A DNA stretch of 63,800 nt, filler included, from Octopus bimaculoides (GCF_001194135.2; 3 parts of 3 records of this genome joined end to end with filler, not necessarily neighbours in it), one strand, 5' to 3'; shown: positions 48,061 through 62,500, counted from the first letter of the whole stretch. Notes: generated from the sequence alone by a model not told the origin. Program-made: numbers and translations.

Positions 48061-48095
48061 CTTTCTGTTGAAGAGCGTAGCTCGAAACGTCAAAG
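48061..48095 (+). ncRNA. Minimal hammerhead motif with variant core (CUGUUGA) in a Penelope-like terminal repeat (about 48000-48184)
   Basis: CTTT-CTGTTGA-A-GAGC gta GCTC-GAAAC-GTC-AAAG. Confidence 0.65.
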
Positions 48096-48629
48096 ACTTT
48101 CCGTATTCCCGAGCGTCATACTAATACATCCTTTTGTTATTTACACCACCTGTCCTCGTCTGTTGTTATTTTTTGTATATTCTCNNNNNNNNNNNNNNNN
48201 NNNNNNNNNNNNNNNNNNNNNNNNNNNNNNNNNNNNNNNNNNNNNNNNNNNNNNNNNNNNNNNNNNNNNNNNNNNNNNNNNNNNNNNNNNNNNNNNNNNN
48301 NNNNNNNNNNNNNNNNNNNNNNNNNNNNNNNNNNNNNNNNNNNNNNNNNNNNNNNNNNNNNNNNNNNNNNNNNNNNNNNNNNNNNNNNNNNNNNNNNNNN
48401 NNNNNNNNNNNNNNNNNNNNNNNNNNNNNNNNNNNNNNNNNNNNNNNNNNNNNNNNNNNNNNNNNNNNNNNNNNNNNNNNNNNNNNNNNNNNNNNNNNNN
48501 NNNNNNNNNNNNNNNNNNNNNNNNNNNNNNNNNNNNNNNNNNNNNNNNNNNNNNNNNNNNNNNNNNNNNNNNNNCACACAGACACACCCGGACACACAAA
48601 CACACACATACACACACGCGCACGCGCAT

Positions 48630-48664
<35 letters not shown>

Positions 48665-50324
48665 CGTACGCACGTACTCTCTCTTTCACACAAACACACA
48701 CATACCCCATCATTCCGATCTTGGCCAAAAGGCCGGCACAAATCCGTCCACCCATCCACCCGTCCACCCATTCATCCGTCCATCAGTCTATATATTCGTG
48801 TGTGTGTGTGTGTGTGTGTATGTATGCGTGTATGTGTGTGTGTGTACGTGCCTGTGTGTGTACATGTGTGTGTATACGTGTGAATGTGTGTGTACTTGTG
48901 TGTGTGTATATCTGTGTATGAGTGTGTGCGTATGTGTGTGTGTGTATGTGTGTGTGTATGAGTGTGTGCGTATGTGTGTGTGTATGTATGTGTGTGCATG
49001 TGTGTATGTGTGTATGTGTGTGTGTACGTGCGTGTGTGTACATGTGTGTATACGTGTGAATGTGTGTACTTGTGTGTGTGTATATGTGTGTATGAGTGTG
49101 TGCGTATGTGTGTGTGTGTATGTGTGTGTGTGTATGAGTGTGTGCGTATGTGTGTGTGTATGTGTGTGTGTATGTGTGTGTGTATGAGTGTGAGCGTATG
49201 TGTGTGTGTATGTATGTGTGTGTGTGTGCATGTGTGTATGTGTGTGTGTACGTGTGTGTGTATATCTGTATGTATGTGTGTGTGTGTGTGTATTGATGTG
49301 TGTGTATGGATGTGTGTATGTGTGTGTAGTTTTGCTACTTTGAGTCACTAAACTGTTTCCGCTGTTTCTGATAGTTTTTGTTGATTTCGTTGCTCCTGAT
49401 GTATTATTAGCAGCAGCAGCAGTTGTAGTAGTAGTAGTAGTAGTATTGGTAGTAGCAGTATTAGTAGTAACAATAGTACTAGTAGACGTAGTAGTAGCAG
49501 CAACAGCAGTAATAGTCATGGCTGTTGTTACTGCAATGGTGATGATAATGATGCTTATGATGGTGATGACGTAACGACGACAGTAACGACGATGATGATG
49601 ATGATGATGATGATGTTCTTTGTTGCTAAGTTTCTGTCTCATTTATTTTGTAAAGTCCCTCTGGCTGTTGCTAATGTTTTCCCTTCGTCCCGTTGAGACT
49701 GTTGACAACGTTGTTGCTATTTATCCCAAGATGCCTAGCGGTATTTCTTCCAGTTATATACGTTCAGAGTTCAAATTTCGCCAAAGCCAACTTTGCCTTG
49801 CATCCGTTTGGGATCGATAAAATATGCATCGCTTGAGAACTAGAATCGATATGATCAACTAACCGCCTCCTCCCACCACTCAACATTGCCGGCCTTGTGC
49901 TAGAATCTGAAACTGTTGTTATTATTATTATTATTATTATTATTAAGGCGCAGTCTTTAAAACGCCAGACAATGTGCTTAAAGACATTTCATCTGTCTTT
50001 ACATTCTGAAATAAAGTCATCTTTACTTTTCTTCCTTTCGGTGTCCATAAGATAAGTACCAGTTGAACATTGGGATCGAAGTAACTGACTAACACATCCC
50101 ACCCCCGATTACTGGCTTTGTGCTAAAATTTGAAACCTAGAATCTGGAGTATTCGTTGGTTTTACTCTCGGGTATTTCCCCACCCCACCAACACACTGGG
50201 AATTTTTGCTGTTAAAATTTTCACGTTAATTGTAATTCTTTTTTATTGATTATACATGTTTATGCAAATTCCTGCTGTCCTTTGGAAATTTTGTATGTGT
50301 GTTTTTGCAAACCATATTACCAAT

Positions 50325-50945
50325 GAGCTGGCAGAATCGGTAGCACACCGGGCAAAATGCTTAGCGGTATTTCGTCTGCCGTTACGTTCTGAGTTCAAAT
50401 TCCATCGAGTTCGACTTTGCCTTTCATCCTTTCAGGGTCGATAAATTAAGTACCAGTTACGCACTGGGGTCGATGTAATCGACTTAATCCCTTTGACTGT
50501 CCTTGTTTGTCCCCTCTATGTTTAGCCCCTTGTGGGCAATAAAGAAATAATAAACGTTAGCACGTCGGGCGAAATGCTTAGGTGGTATTTCATTCGTCCC
50601 TACGTTCTGAGTTCAAATTCTGCCGAGGTCGACTTTGCCTTTCATCATTTCGGGGTCGATAAATTAAGTACCAGTTAAGCACTGGGTCGATATAATCTAC
50701 TTAATCCCTTTGCCTGTCCTTGTTTGTCCCCTCTATGTTTAGCCCCTTGTGGGCAATAAAGAAATAACAATCGTTAGCACTCTGGGCAAAATGCTTAGGT
50801 GGTATTTCGTTCGTCCCTACGTTCTAAGTTCAAATTCTGCCGAGGTTAACCTTGCCTTTCTGCCTTTCGGGATCAATAAAATATAAAAGGATCGGTCAGG
50901 TACTAGTGGTCGATGTAATCGACAAGCCCTCCTCTACAAAATTCC
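50325..50945 (+). repeat. Three head-to-tail SINE copies
   Basis: Units at about 50325-50550, 50553-50766 and 50769-50945. Copies 2 and 3 share GCTTAGGTGGTATTTC and CGTCCCTACG. Confidence 0.85.
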
Positions 50946-51547
50946 ACACGATGTAGGAATTATAGAAAATATTTTAATAGTTATATCATGAACATTCTCA
51001 GCTGTATTTTGTTAGGCATGATAGAAGATGCCAGCTGGTCACAGCCGACAGATTAAGGTGACTGACCATGCTTCAAGAACCCCGCAGAGAACTCTTGAAG
51101 TTCCAAGAGGTTTGGAGATGTTCTCTCTTTACGTTCGTTCCAGTCTTTTTGATCTATGTTGGTAGTTGAGTAACGATGTTTCCAAGCGTGCCAGTCACAA
51201 TTGGTATCATATCTACGCTCTTCATTACACATAACCTGCATATTTCCTACTTCAATTCATCATAGTTGTTCCCTTTACTTCTTTGTCTTCACCTCTGATG
51301 GCAATAGGACATCATCATCATCATCATCATTAGCTGGCAGAATCGTTAGTACGCCGGACTAAATGCTTAGCGGTATTTCGTCCGTCGCTACGTTCTGCGT
51401 TCAAATTCCGCCGAGGTCGACTTCACTTTTCATCCTTTCCGGGTCGATAACTTAAGTACCAGTTGAACACTGGGGTCAATGTAATCGAAACATCCCCTCC
51501 TTCAAAATAGCAGCCCTAGAGAGGAAATTCGAATCCATTATTATTAC

Positions 51548-51614
<67 letters not shown>

Positions 51615-52700
51615 TCTTTGAAACTATTTGCAGGCATTTTGAGAAGAACTGCCAACGCACTCTCTTAGCTGATTTTTGTATGTGAGTGTGTCTATGTATG
51701 TGCGTATGAATGTATATATGTAGGNNNNNNNNNNNNNNNNNNNNNNNNNNNNNNNNNNNNNNNNNNNNNNNNNNNNNNNNNNNNNNNNNNNNNNNNNNNN
51801 NNNNNNNNNNNNNNNNNNNNNNNNNNNNNNNNNNNNNNNNNNNNNNNNNNNNNNNNNNNNNNNNNNNNNNNNNNNNNNNNNNNNNNNNNNNNNNNNNNNN
51901 NNNNNNNNNNNNNNNNNNNNNNNNNNNNNNNNNNNNNNNNNNNNNNNNNNNNNNNNNNNNNNNNNNNNNNNNNNNNNNNNNNNNNNNNNNNNNNNNNNNN
52001 NNNNNNNNNNNNNNNNNNNNNNNNNNNNNNNNNNNNNNNNNNNNNNNNNNNNNNNNNNNNNNNNNNNNNNNNNNNNNNNNNNNNNNNNNNNNNNNNNNNN
52101 NNNNNNNNNNNNNNNNNNNNNNNNNNNNNNNNNNNNNNNNNNNNNNNNNNNNNNNNNNNNNNNNNNNNNNNNNNNNNNNNNNNNNNNNNNNNNNNNNNNN
52201 NNNNNNNNNNNNNNNNNNNNNNNNNNNNNNNNNNNNNNNNNNNNNNNNNNNNNNNNNNNNNNNNNNNNNNNNNNNNNNNNNNNNNNNNNNNNNNNNNNNN
52301 NNNNNNNNNNNNNNNNNNNNNNNNNNNNNNNNNNNNNNNNNNNNNNNNNNNNNNNNNNNNNNNNNNNNNNNNNNNNNNNNNNNNNNNNNNNNNNNNNNNN
52401 NNNNNNNNNNNNNNNNNNNNNNNNNNNNNNNNNNNNNNNNNNNNNNNNNNNNNNNNNNNNNNNNNNNNNNNNNNNNNNNNNNNNNNNNNNNNNNNNNNNN
52501 NNNNNNNNNNNNNNNNNNNNNNNNNNNNNNNNNNNNNNNNNNNNNNNNNNNNNNNNNNNNNNNNNNNNNNNNNNNNNNNNNNNNNNNNNNNNNNNNNNNN
52601 NNNNNNNNNNATGTGGCGAGAGAGGACTTGTTTGTCTACTCCTCTTTCCCTGTTACTCATTCGCTTTCAATCAATATAATACGCTTTATTAATCTATATC

Positions 52701-52770
<70 letters not shown>

Positions 52771-53038
52771 GCACACATACACATACGCACATACACACGC
52801 ACACATACACGTACACACATACACATAAACACGCACATATATACATTTATACATAGACATGAACGTATATATACATATACCTATAATGTATATCTCCATC
52901 TCTCTGTCTGTCTGTCTCTATATACATGTATATATGTGCATACACATACATACATAGGTATATTGCATATATTCATAAACGTGTCTTTTTATTCATATAC
53001 ATAGTTGACGTATTTATATATATACATACATACATACA

Positions 53039-53075
<37 letters not shown>

Positions 53076-53076
53076 G

Positions 53077-53107
<31 letters not shown>

Positions 53108-54415
53108 NNNNNNNNNNNNNNNNNNNNNNNNNNNNNNNNNNNNNNNNNNNNTTAATTAATTAANNNNNNNNNNNNNNNNNNNNNNNNNNNNNNNNNNNNN
53201 NNNNNNNATATATATATATATGTCTGTATACACATGTTTATATACCATGCCTATATAAAAGTACTCATGCGTGTGTGTGTATGCGTGTGTGTGTGTGTGT
53301 GTGTGTATTCAATTATGGGAGGTGATAAAACATCTGGAAAGAAATGTCTACAGGTGAATGTGCAAAATCGGAACGGTAATTAAATTGTATGAAATTTCTC
53401 AATAGTAATTAACATAATACAACATCGCCGAACCATTCCTACCATTTTATGGCTTGCTCTATATTTCGCTTCGTTACAAACCAACTTGCTACTCTGCTAC
53501 CTCTACGAGTTCCACCAATCAGCCAAATGTGATAGCTGTATATGATTTATCTTTTATTTTGTGAGGCATTAGACTGCGGCCATGCTGGGGCACTACCTTG
53601 AAAAAATTAATCGACCCACGAACTTGATAGTACATACCTTTGCCCCTCTGTCTGTCTGTTTGTCTGTCTGTTTGTTTGCTTGTCTGTCTGTCTCTCTGTC
53701 TATCTGTATGTATGCATAATAGCGATGTTTGTTTTGTTTAAAAATCTCTTACCGATCAAATTTTCTTGTAAGTTTTCTAGAGTCGACAATTTAACTTGGC
53801 CATCTTGGACAATAAATTGGCGGTATTGTTTGAATTCTCGAAGACATCGCTAGAGCATTTTTCCTGATCNNNNNNNNNNNNNNNNNNNNNNNNNNNNNNN
53901 NNNNNNNNNNNNNNNNNNNNNNNNNNNNNNNNNNNNNNNNNNNNNNNNNNNNNNNNNNNNNNNNNNNNNNNNNNNNNNNNNNNNNNNNNNNNNNNNNNNN
54001 NNNNNNNNNNNNNNNNNNNNNNNNNNNNNNNNNNNNNNNNNNNNNNNNNNNNNNNNNNNNNNNNNNNNNNNNNNNNNNNNNNNNNNNNNNNNNNNNNNNN
54101 NNNNNNNNNNNNNNNNNNNNNNNNNNNNNNNNNNNNNNNNNNNNNNNNNNNNNNNNNNNNNNNNNNNTGTTTAGTAAATTAATATTCCGTGTTCACCTGG
54201 AATGACGGAACAGTGTGGTGGTGGTGGTGGTGGTGGTGTCGGTGGGGAGAGACAAGTGGAGATTTGAGGGAGTGAAATTGCAGACGAGAGACAGAAGCAA
54301 TATGTACCTTAAAACGGAGACAAATGAATGGATTGACAGAAAGATAAAAGGGTGTACGGAACAATGAGGAACATGGAAAGAGAGCCGAGAAGAAAAGGAG
54401 AAAGTACGAGTATCA

Positions 54416-54448
<33 letters not shown>

Positions 54449-54610
54449 CTTCTTCGTCTTCTTCTTCTTCTTCTTCTTCTTCATCATCAGCATCATCACC
54501 ATCATCACTTTTTCTTCCTTTCTCATCACCACTATCATCATTATCATCATCGTCTTTTCTTTTCTTCTGCTTCTTCTTATTCTTCTTCGGCATCCTCATC
54601 TTTCTTTCTT

Positions 54611-54648
<38 letters not shown>

Positions 54649-54754
54649 ACTCTCTCTCTCTTTATTATTCTCTCTGCTCAATCTCCTTTCCTCCGTCCTC
54701 CCACCTCCATTCATAACTCACCACACCTCAATGAGAACGAACGAATAAGCCACC

Positions 54755-54832
54755 AACCAACCGACAACCGACCGACCGACCGACCGACCGACCGAACGAA
54801 CGAACGAACGAACGAACGAACGAACGAACGAA
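54755..54832. repeat. Graded tetranucleotide microsatellite: (CCAA), then (CCGA)n, then (CGAA)n
   Basis: Read directly from the sequence. Confidence 0.85.
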
Positions 54833-55373
54833 TGCAGAAACGAAATCTCCTTAATCTCGTTTACTCGTCCTGCTTATTGCTTTTGTTGCTCTTAGTATTA
54901 AGTTCACTTTTTTTATCAGACGATATAGCATGAAAACACAGATGAACATTGAATAACCTCGAGATATCACACAGCAGCAGGTGGTAATTCACAGCTCGGA
55001 AATTAAAGACGTTAGCGTTCCAACAGACATGATCGTATTTCGCATCCAATGAAAATCTCTATCAACAACAACAACCTGGCCACAACCTTCTCTTTGCCTC
55101 GCCTCTGCTCTCTATCTTATTCATACTGCTGTTGCTGTTGCTGTTGTTGTCGTCGTGGTCGTCTATGTAATATAAAACGCTGGCTATGTTTCGTGTCATG
55201 TCGAGTCGCTTCATGGCATTATTAGATTGGATTGCTATCATCGTCAACGGCCAATACTCGTCCGCTTGCATAATATACGTCGTCATTGGAAAATAGATCA
55301 ACACACACCAATCCATGTTACAGCCATTTCCTTCGTCAGACGCACGCATACATAACTATACATATAGTTGTAC

Positions 55374-55418
<45 letters not shown>

Positions 55419-55747
55419 NNNNNNNNNNNNNNNNNNNNNNNNNNNNNNNNNNNNNNNNNNNNNNNNTTTTCACGTATCACTTGAACAGTTCCAGTAGCAT
55501 GAATGTTGGCTGTTTTCTTTTTCTATTATTTTTGAGCAGAGATAAGAAGAGAAGAAATGGAATTTGAGAGGACGGAAGATTGGCGACGGAGAAAGTGTGA
55601 AAGAGATAGAATAAGACAAGCAGGGAAGACGTTACATGCATAAAATATACAGTCACACAAACAGAGAAAGCGGGAGAGAGAAAAAAAGGACAGGGACAAG
55701 GAAAGAGAGGAGACAGAGAGAAAAGAAGAGAGAGATGGGCAGAGTGA

Positions 55748-55778
<31 letters not shown>

Positions 55779-55866
55779 TAAGAGATATTATCATACGAGT
55801 TTAATTCATTTTCCAATTTACGTTTAAGACCTAACTATACACTTCTAGCAGCCATTCATTTCATAC

Positions 55867-55958
55867 ACACGTGGACACAATCACCCTCCTCCCTCCACAC
55901 ATGGACACAATCACCCTCCTCCCTCCACACACATGGACACAACCACCCTCCTCCCTCC
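55867..55958. repeat. Minisatellite, about 30 bp x3
   Basis: Unit ACAC(G/A)TGGACACAA(T/C)CACCCTCCTCCCTCC. Confidence 0.85.
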
Positions 55959-57872
55959 ACACACACCCAAGATGAGAGATAATGGCGATCATGAGTTTTC
56001 ACAGACACAAGGCTGCAATATTGAAGGGATAATAGTATAATCGATTACATCGATTTTAGTTCCAGATTGATACTTATAGTTTATTGATCCCAGACCGATA
56101 AAGCACATAGACAACCTGAGTGAGATTTAAAGTTAAAGCTCAATAAATTGGCGCGACGAAACTGGTGGAGCATTTCGGTCATCGCTCTTCTGACTGCATC
56201 CGTCGCGCGATCTTTTCTTAGACAACGTGAACGTCACTAAATCATTGCTCGTCCTGTAAGACTCAGTAACCAAATCTCCAATCGCACTTTACAACTTGTA
56301 TAATATAAATTCAGGTTCCCTATCCGTAGGAAAAAGAAGGGATGGTCACAGCTGGAACGCTTTTGATTGTATGTCAGTTCAATGAGAGTTGGTTTCTGGT
56401 TCTTAACTCCCCGATTGCATGACTCGAATAAACCACTGTTCTCTCTTATGAATCCCGATGCTGTTGTTTGCAATTTTTTCTATATATTTCAGCAATTCCT
56501 TTGAAGTACTGGAAGAAATACTAGTGTCGTTTAACCCCAGATCGTATGGATGATTTCCTGGATTTAAGACATTAACTCCTGCTTCGTAGCGAGGTTTCGA
56601 TGAACATACAGGTGCTTATAATTTCTGAATACCATAAAATATGAGAGAATCTTTTCGATATTGGTGCGGAAAACCATGGAACTTGAAATGATGTGCAAGA
56701 AGTTTATATATTGCACGTGATGTAGCAAAAAAAACACTTCTTGAGAGCAATCTTCCAACAAGTGCAGCAGCAACAATTGGAAAAAGAACAACAGCGCAGT
56801 CACAGAGAAAATTCCGGAAAATGCTATTGTTCTCAAAGAACTATCATTAGAATCTCCGGAAGCACCAATGAAGGACACCACATCAATGCTAAAAGCTGAG
56901 TGGGATCCGAATGTTGTTTCCATTGGCAGTGACCAGTGGATCGGACTGCAATTATCACCTCTGTTTCACGTTTTTGAAAGAAATCTAGCGAGTGGCTTTG
57001 TAATACTACATTTCAATTAATAACCAGTGCCCCCACCATCACCGTTTTCTGTCATAATATTCTTAGACATTAAATTTAGAGAGGGATAAAACGTTTGTTA
57101 ACATCTTAACTCGTAGTGCATGTGTGTAGTGATCTATTTAACATGTATTTTGGAAGTTATGTCCAGACAACACACTTCTGTCCTTGATACGTAGCTTGTA
57201 CTTATTCTAAATTTGTAGAGCTGTACTCTTTGCCATAGAGTACATCCACCAATGGCGGAAATTGAAGTACGTATAGAGTTTAAATGACGGCGTACAGTCG
57301 TGGACCATTGGACTCAGAATTTACGAGGCAGCTGCAACCTAACAAATAGAATATGGTATGGACAAGGTGGATAAGAACAGCTTTTAAATAAATCTTGCCT
57401 TTGATCTCTGAGTTAAGCAAAGAGCTTTGACTATNNNNNNNNNNCTTTTTCTGCGATATGAACGAAGTGAGATTGGAGACCCAGTTGCGTCTGTCCGTCA
57501 AAAACTTTCATTGGCACTGAAGCAAGATTGTTTCGCATGAGAAAGGAATTCTTTTCTAGATTGCGAAAGTTGGTTAAAGAAAGACACCAAATAAAAAGAG
57601 ACATAATATATGCAGTGACGTAGATAATGTATACACTGACGTATGCAGTGATCTTGATAATGTATGCAGTGACATATTCGATTCTCAGGTATGAAGCGAA
57701 AAGTTCATTAGTGATCGTTAGATTTGTTAGACGTCTGTAATTAAGGTTTTTTTATTGTAATTAATTTACTGTTTTAATTAAGGGTGTAAATTAAGTAAAG
57801 AAAAGATGCGAAATCAGTGTAGTAACTTATACAAACACACATACACTCACTCACACGTACATGTGTGTGTGT

Positions 57873-57907
<35 letters not shown>

Positions 57908-59495
57908 CATATGCGATCGGTGAATGTAGGTGTATAAAGTTGTGTGTGTATATATTAAGGTATGTGATTGATCTGGAGCTGATAGAGAATGTTGAGCAAA
58001 CTGTGAGCAGAAGTGATACAGCGTGTCTATAATAACTTTTATGTGTATATTTTTCAAAGGATGTATACGTTTGATTGCCTTTTGGTCAGTATATGTGTGA
58101 ATATCAAAGTGGAAAACTGTGCTGCAGTGTGTTCATGTGAGTGTATATTACTTATCTGACTGTGTGTGAATGTGTGAACGTGCGGAAAGGTGTATATGTG
58201 TGTGTGTGTGTGTGTGATAATCTGGCGCACTTTGGAGCGCGTGTGTGTATCATTGTGTGTGTGTAAGTGTGGTTGTTTGCCTTTGAAAAAGTGTGGAGGA
58301 CTGTGCGTATGTATGTATGTATGTATGCATGTACGTATACATACATTAGTGTGTGTGTGTATTAGTGTATATGTTTCCATGAAATTCGAAAATAAAATTG
58401 TAATTAGTACTAGTGTAACTTTTTTTGATTGGGTGAGGTTTAATGAAAATGTCATATTAGAACGAACTGAATAATTGATGTTTTCTTGGTTAGGAGACAA
58501 AAATTCCTTCTCCCGAAGAGGACGCTTCTTTCTCTCTGCCTCTTTTTATCCATCTTATTCCTTATCTCCACCTCTCTCTAACTCATATATATATATATAT
58601 ATATATATANNNNNNNNNNNNNNNNNNNNNNNNNNNNNNNNNNNNNNNNNNNNNNNNNNNNNNNNNNNNNNNNNNNNNNNNNNNNNNNNNNNNNNNNNNN
58701 NNNNNNNNNNNNNNNNNNNNNNNNNNNNNNNNNNNNNNNNNNNNNNNNNNNNNNNNNNNNNNNNNNNNNNNNNNNNNNNNNNNNNNNNNNNNNNNNNNNN
58801 NNNNNNNNNNNNNNNNNNNNNNNNNNNNNNNNNNNNNNNNNNNNNNNNNNNNNNNNNNNNNNNNNNNNNNNNNNNNNNNNNNNNNNNNNNNNNNNNNNNN
58901 NNNNNNNNNNNNNNNNNNNNNNNNNNNNNNNNNNNNNNNNNNNNNNNNNNNNNNNNNNNNNNNNNNNNNNNNNNNNNNNNNNNNNNNNNNNNNNNNNNNN
59001 NNNNNNNNNNNNNNNNNNNNNNNNNNNNNNNNNNNNNNNNNNNNNNNNNNNNNNNNNNNNNNNNNNNNNNNNNNNNNNNNNNNNNNNNNNNNNNNNNNNN
59101 NNNNNNNNNNNNNNNNNNNNNNNNNNNNNNNNNNNNNNNNNNNNNNNNNNNNNNNNNNNNNNNNNNNNNNNNNNNNNNNNNNNNNNNNNNNNNNNNNNNN
59201 NNNNNNNNNNNNNNNNNNNNNNNNNNNNNNNNNNNNNNNNNNNNNNNNNNNNNNNNNNNNNNNNNNNNNNNNNNNNNNNNNNNNNNNNNNNNNNNNNNNN
59301 NNNNNNNNNNNNNNNNNNNNNNNNNNNNNNNNNNNNNNNNNNNNNNNNNNNNNNNNNNNNNNNNNNNNNNNNNNNNNNNNNNNNNNNNNNNNNNNNNNNN
59401 NNNNNNNNNNNNNNNNNNNNNNNNNNNNNNNNNNNNNNNNNNNNNNNNNNNNNNNNNNNNNNNNNNNNNNNNNNNNNNNNNNNNNNNNNNNNNNN

Positions 59496-59530
<35 letters not shown>

Positions 59531-59738
59531 GCGGCCTCCACACACATATATATGTATATGCAAATATATACATACACATATAATATAAGCATCTATCTAT
59601 ACACAGGTGTACAGGCATAAATGCATATATATATACAACTGTACATGTGTGTGTATGTGTACGAGTGTCTGTGTCTGTGTATATATACACAAATATATTT
59701 ATAATTTTGAATATATGTATGTAAACATCCACGAAGGA

Positions 59739-59769
<31 letters not shown>

Positions 59770-60016
59770 ACACATGCATACGGTTGCACATCATACTTGG
59801 TAGGAAGAGAGGCCAGTGATAAAAATCTAAACTGTGGAGCACATCATATCCGTATGTTCGACGTTCTTTTTCAATTTGCCAACCGGTTCTTCTTATCTTC
59901 TCCCATTCTGCGTCTTAGTCTATTTTAGTCGTCGTCATCATCATCATCATCATCATCCCCACCACCACCACCACCACCACCACCGCTACCACCGCTACCA
60001 CCACTGTCGCCACCAC

Positions 60017-60052
<36 letters not shown>

Positions 60053-60189
60053 AAGCAGCCGCAACTGTCTTCCTCTTATCACTTCTCGTCATCACCGCCA
60101 CCACCTCCAGCACTACCACACTACCACCACCGCCATCTCCAGCGCCGCCGTCGATGTCGTCATCATCATCATCATCATCGTCATCACAT

Positions 60190-60220
<31 letters not shown>

Positions 60221-62065
60221 CAACATCAGTATCATCATCATCAGCATCAACTTCTGCCACATGGTTTCGTTTGCTCATTTTTTGAATTAACTACTACTAC
60301 TACCACCACTACTACTACTACCACTACTACTACTACTACTGCTACTACATGCCACTGGCTACTCTTACTACTTGGTATTACATCCTTTCGGTATTGGTGG
60401 ACGCTCTCTCATAATGATGCTATCTGTTAAGGAAGCTGAATTGAATATATTATCGCACGTGGTACCTACATTCAGCTAAGTGGACTGTGTCCCTTTGTCA
60501 CCTGCGAACAGTAGTGAATAGTAAGGCTTTGTTTGCGTGGTCTACCTCATGGTGGTACCTATTTATGTAACTGACTTAAAACAGAATGTGATACCTGGGT
60601 ACATCTACATGGATTATACTTTCGATACCAGCAAACAACTGGACCTCCGTCGGTTACGACGATGCGGGTTCCAGTTGATCCGATTAATGGAAAGCCTGCT
60701 TGGAAAATTAGAGCGCAATTGGCTGAGTACTCCACAGAAACGCGTACCTTCCATGTGGTTTTGTGGAGATTCAGCGTAACAGAGAATGTGACAAGGCTGG
60801 CTGTTTAAATAACAGGAAGAACTCATATTTGCCGGCTGGTTGGACTGGAGCAACATGAAATGAAGTATCTTGCTCAAGGAAACAATGACCCTTACAATTT
60901 TTTGCTGAATCCCCAAACCACTTAGTTACCCTCCTTATATTACTGGCCACCAGCTTCTGTTACCGACCTCAGAGAGGACGATGACCTTTCAGTAATGTTG
61001 TACATGGGCGTCGAGAAATAATTGTTGTATGGAGCGGGTGTTCAGTATGACCGCTTAGAAGTGATTCGCTGTTGGTTCTTGTGAAAGCCTTTGTCCAGAG
61101 CAGCGCTTCTCAATCGGGGTCCATAAAGCCCCTTGAGTGTCCATATGAGAATTTATGTGCTCGACGTAACAAAATAGTAAATTGAAGATCCACAATAGCA
61201 TTTTAGGGCTTCCTGAACAATTTGGCTTTCGATGAATATGTTGGTATTTATTGCAAGAAGGAACCAGGTTTCATTCTTTAATATTTTCCATATTTTTCAC
61301 TAATTGATGTGAAAAAAAAAGAAAAAGAAAAAGAAAAGAATTCTTTATAAATCTAGATTTTAGACATGGAATGGCACTGGGGTGGGGTCCACCAGAATAA
61401 AATAGTTATCAAAGGAATCCTTAAGCAAAAAAAAAAAAAAATGGTTAAGCAAAAAAATTTCCAGTGGTCAGACCCTTTCTGCCCATAGTACAAAAAAATC
61501 AGTGGTGAGGAAATGAGTCTGATCGTCCGGCACAGCTTCACTCATTATTCTCTCATTCAAACACAAATCAAGATTCGAAATAAAATAAGAAGAAACCAGT
61601 CGGGGAACACATTGGCCTTCATTAATTTGGTGGCTCCAAGTTTTGTATTTATGCTTTCATCATGTAAAACAACTTTTTAGAGGTCCTTAACTTTATAAGA
61701 ATGCTTACATCACCGAAAATGTTTAGATTTCACTAACCTAAGCACAAAAGAAGACTAATTTAGATGAATCACTGCTGATGTACTGCTGATATACACACTC
61801 ACCTAAATATCATGATAAATAGAGCACACACACACACACTCACACACACATACACACGTGCGCGCGCGTCTGTTCTGTGTTCCTGCATATGTATATATAT
61901 ATATATATATTTGGTGGTGTGCGTGCTTGGCTGTCTGTGTAAGTGCGTGTGGAGGATTACGCGTTTGCGTGCATGCATAAATACACAAATACATATATTC
62001 GTATAGATTCACGTATACGGGTCTATATACAAACATACTACGTACGTACATACACACATACACAC

Positions 62066-62096
<31 letters not shown>

Positions 62097-62500
62097 NNNN
62101 NNNNNNNNNNNNNNNNNNNNNNNNNNNNNNNNNNNNNNNNNNNNNNNNNNNNNNNNNNNNNNNNNNNNNNNNNNNNNNNNNNNNNNNNNNNNNNNNNNNN
62201 NNNNNNNNNNNNNNNNNNNNNNNNNNNNNNNNNNNNNNNNNNNNNNNNNNNNNNNNNNNNNNNNNNNNNNNNNNNNNNNNNNNNNNNNNNNNNNNNNNNN
62301 NNNNNNNNNNNNNNNNNNNNNNNNNNNNNNNNNNNNNNNNNNNNNNNNNNNNNNNNNNNNNNNNNNNNNNNNNNNNNNNNNNNNNNNNNNNNNNNNNNNN
62401 NNNNNNNNNNNNNNNNNNNNNNNNNNNNNNNNNNNNNNNNNNNNNNNNNNNNNNNNNNNNNNNNNNNNNNNNNNNNNNNNNNNNNNNNNNNNNNNNNNNN

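Noticed and set aside
45147-49642. Long HT/YI/CV/poly-residue ORFs and ORFs running through X
   Set aside because: Translations of microsatellites and N gaps; the same applies window-wide.
51068-51170. Plus-strand peptide LQEPRRELLKFQEVWRCSLFTF, faintly caveolin-like
   Set aside because: Wrong strand and side, wrong spacing, and it stops immediately; treated as coincidence.
54860-55330. Possible non-coding first exon or promoter of the caveolin gene
   Set aside because: CpG-containing unique sequence with only a weak donor (gtaaac); cannot be supported without transcripts.
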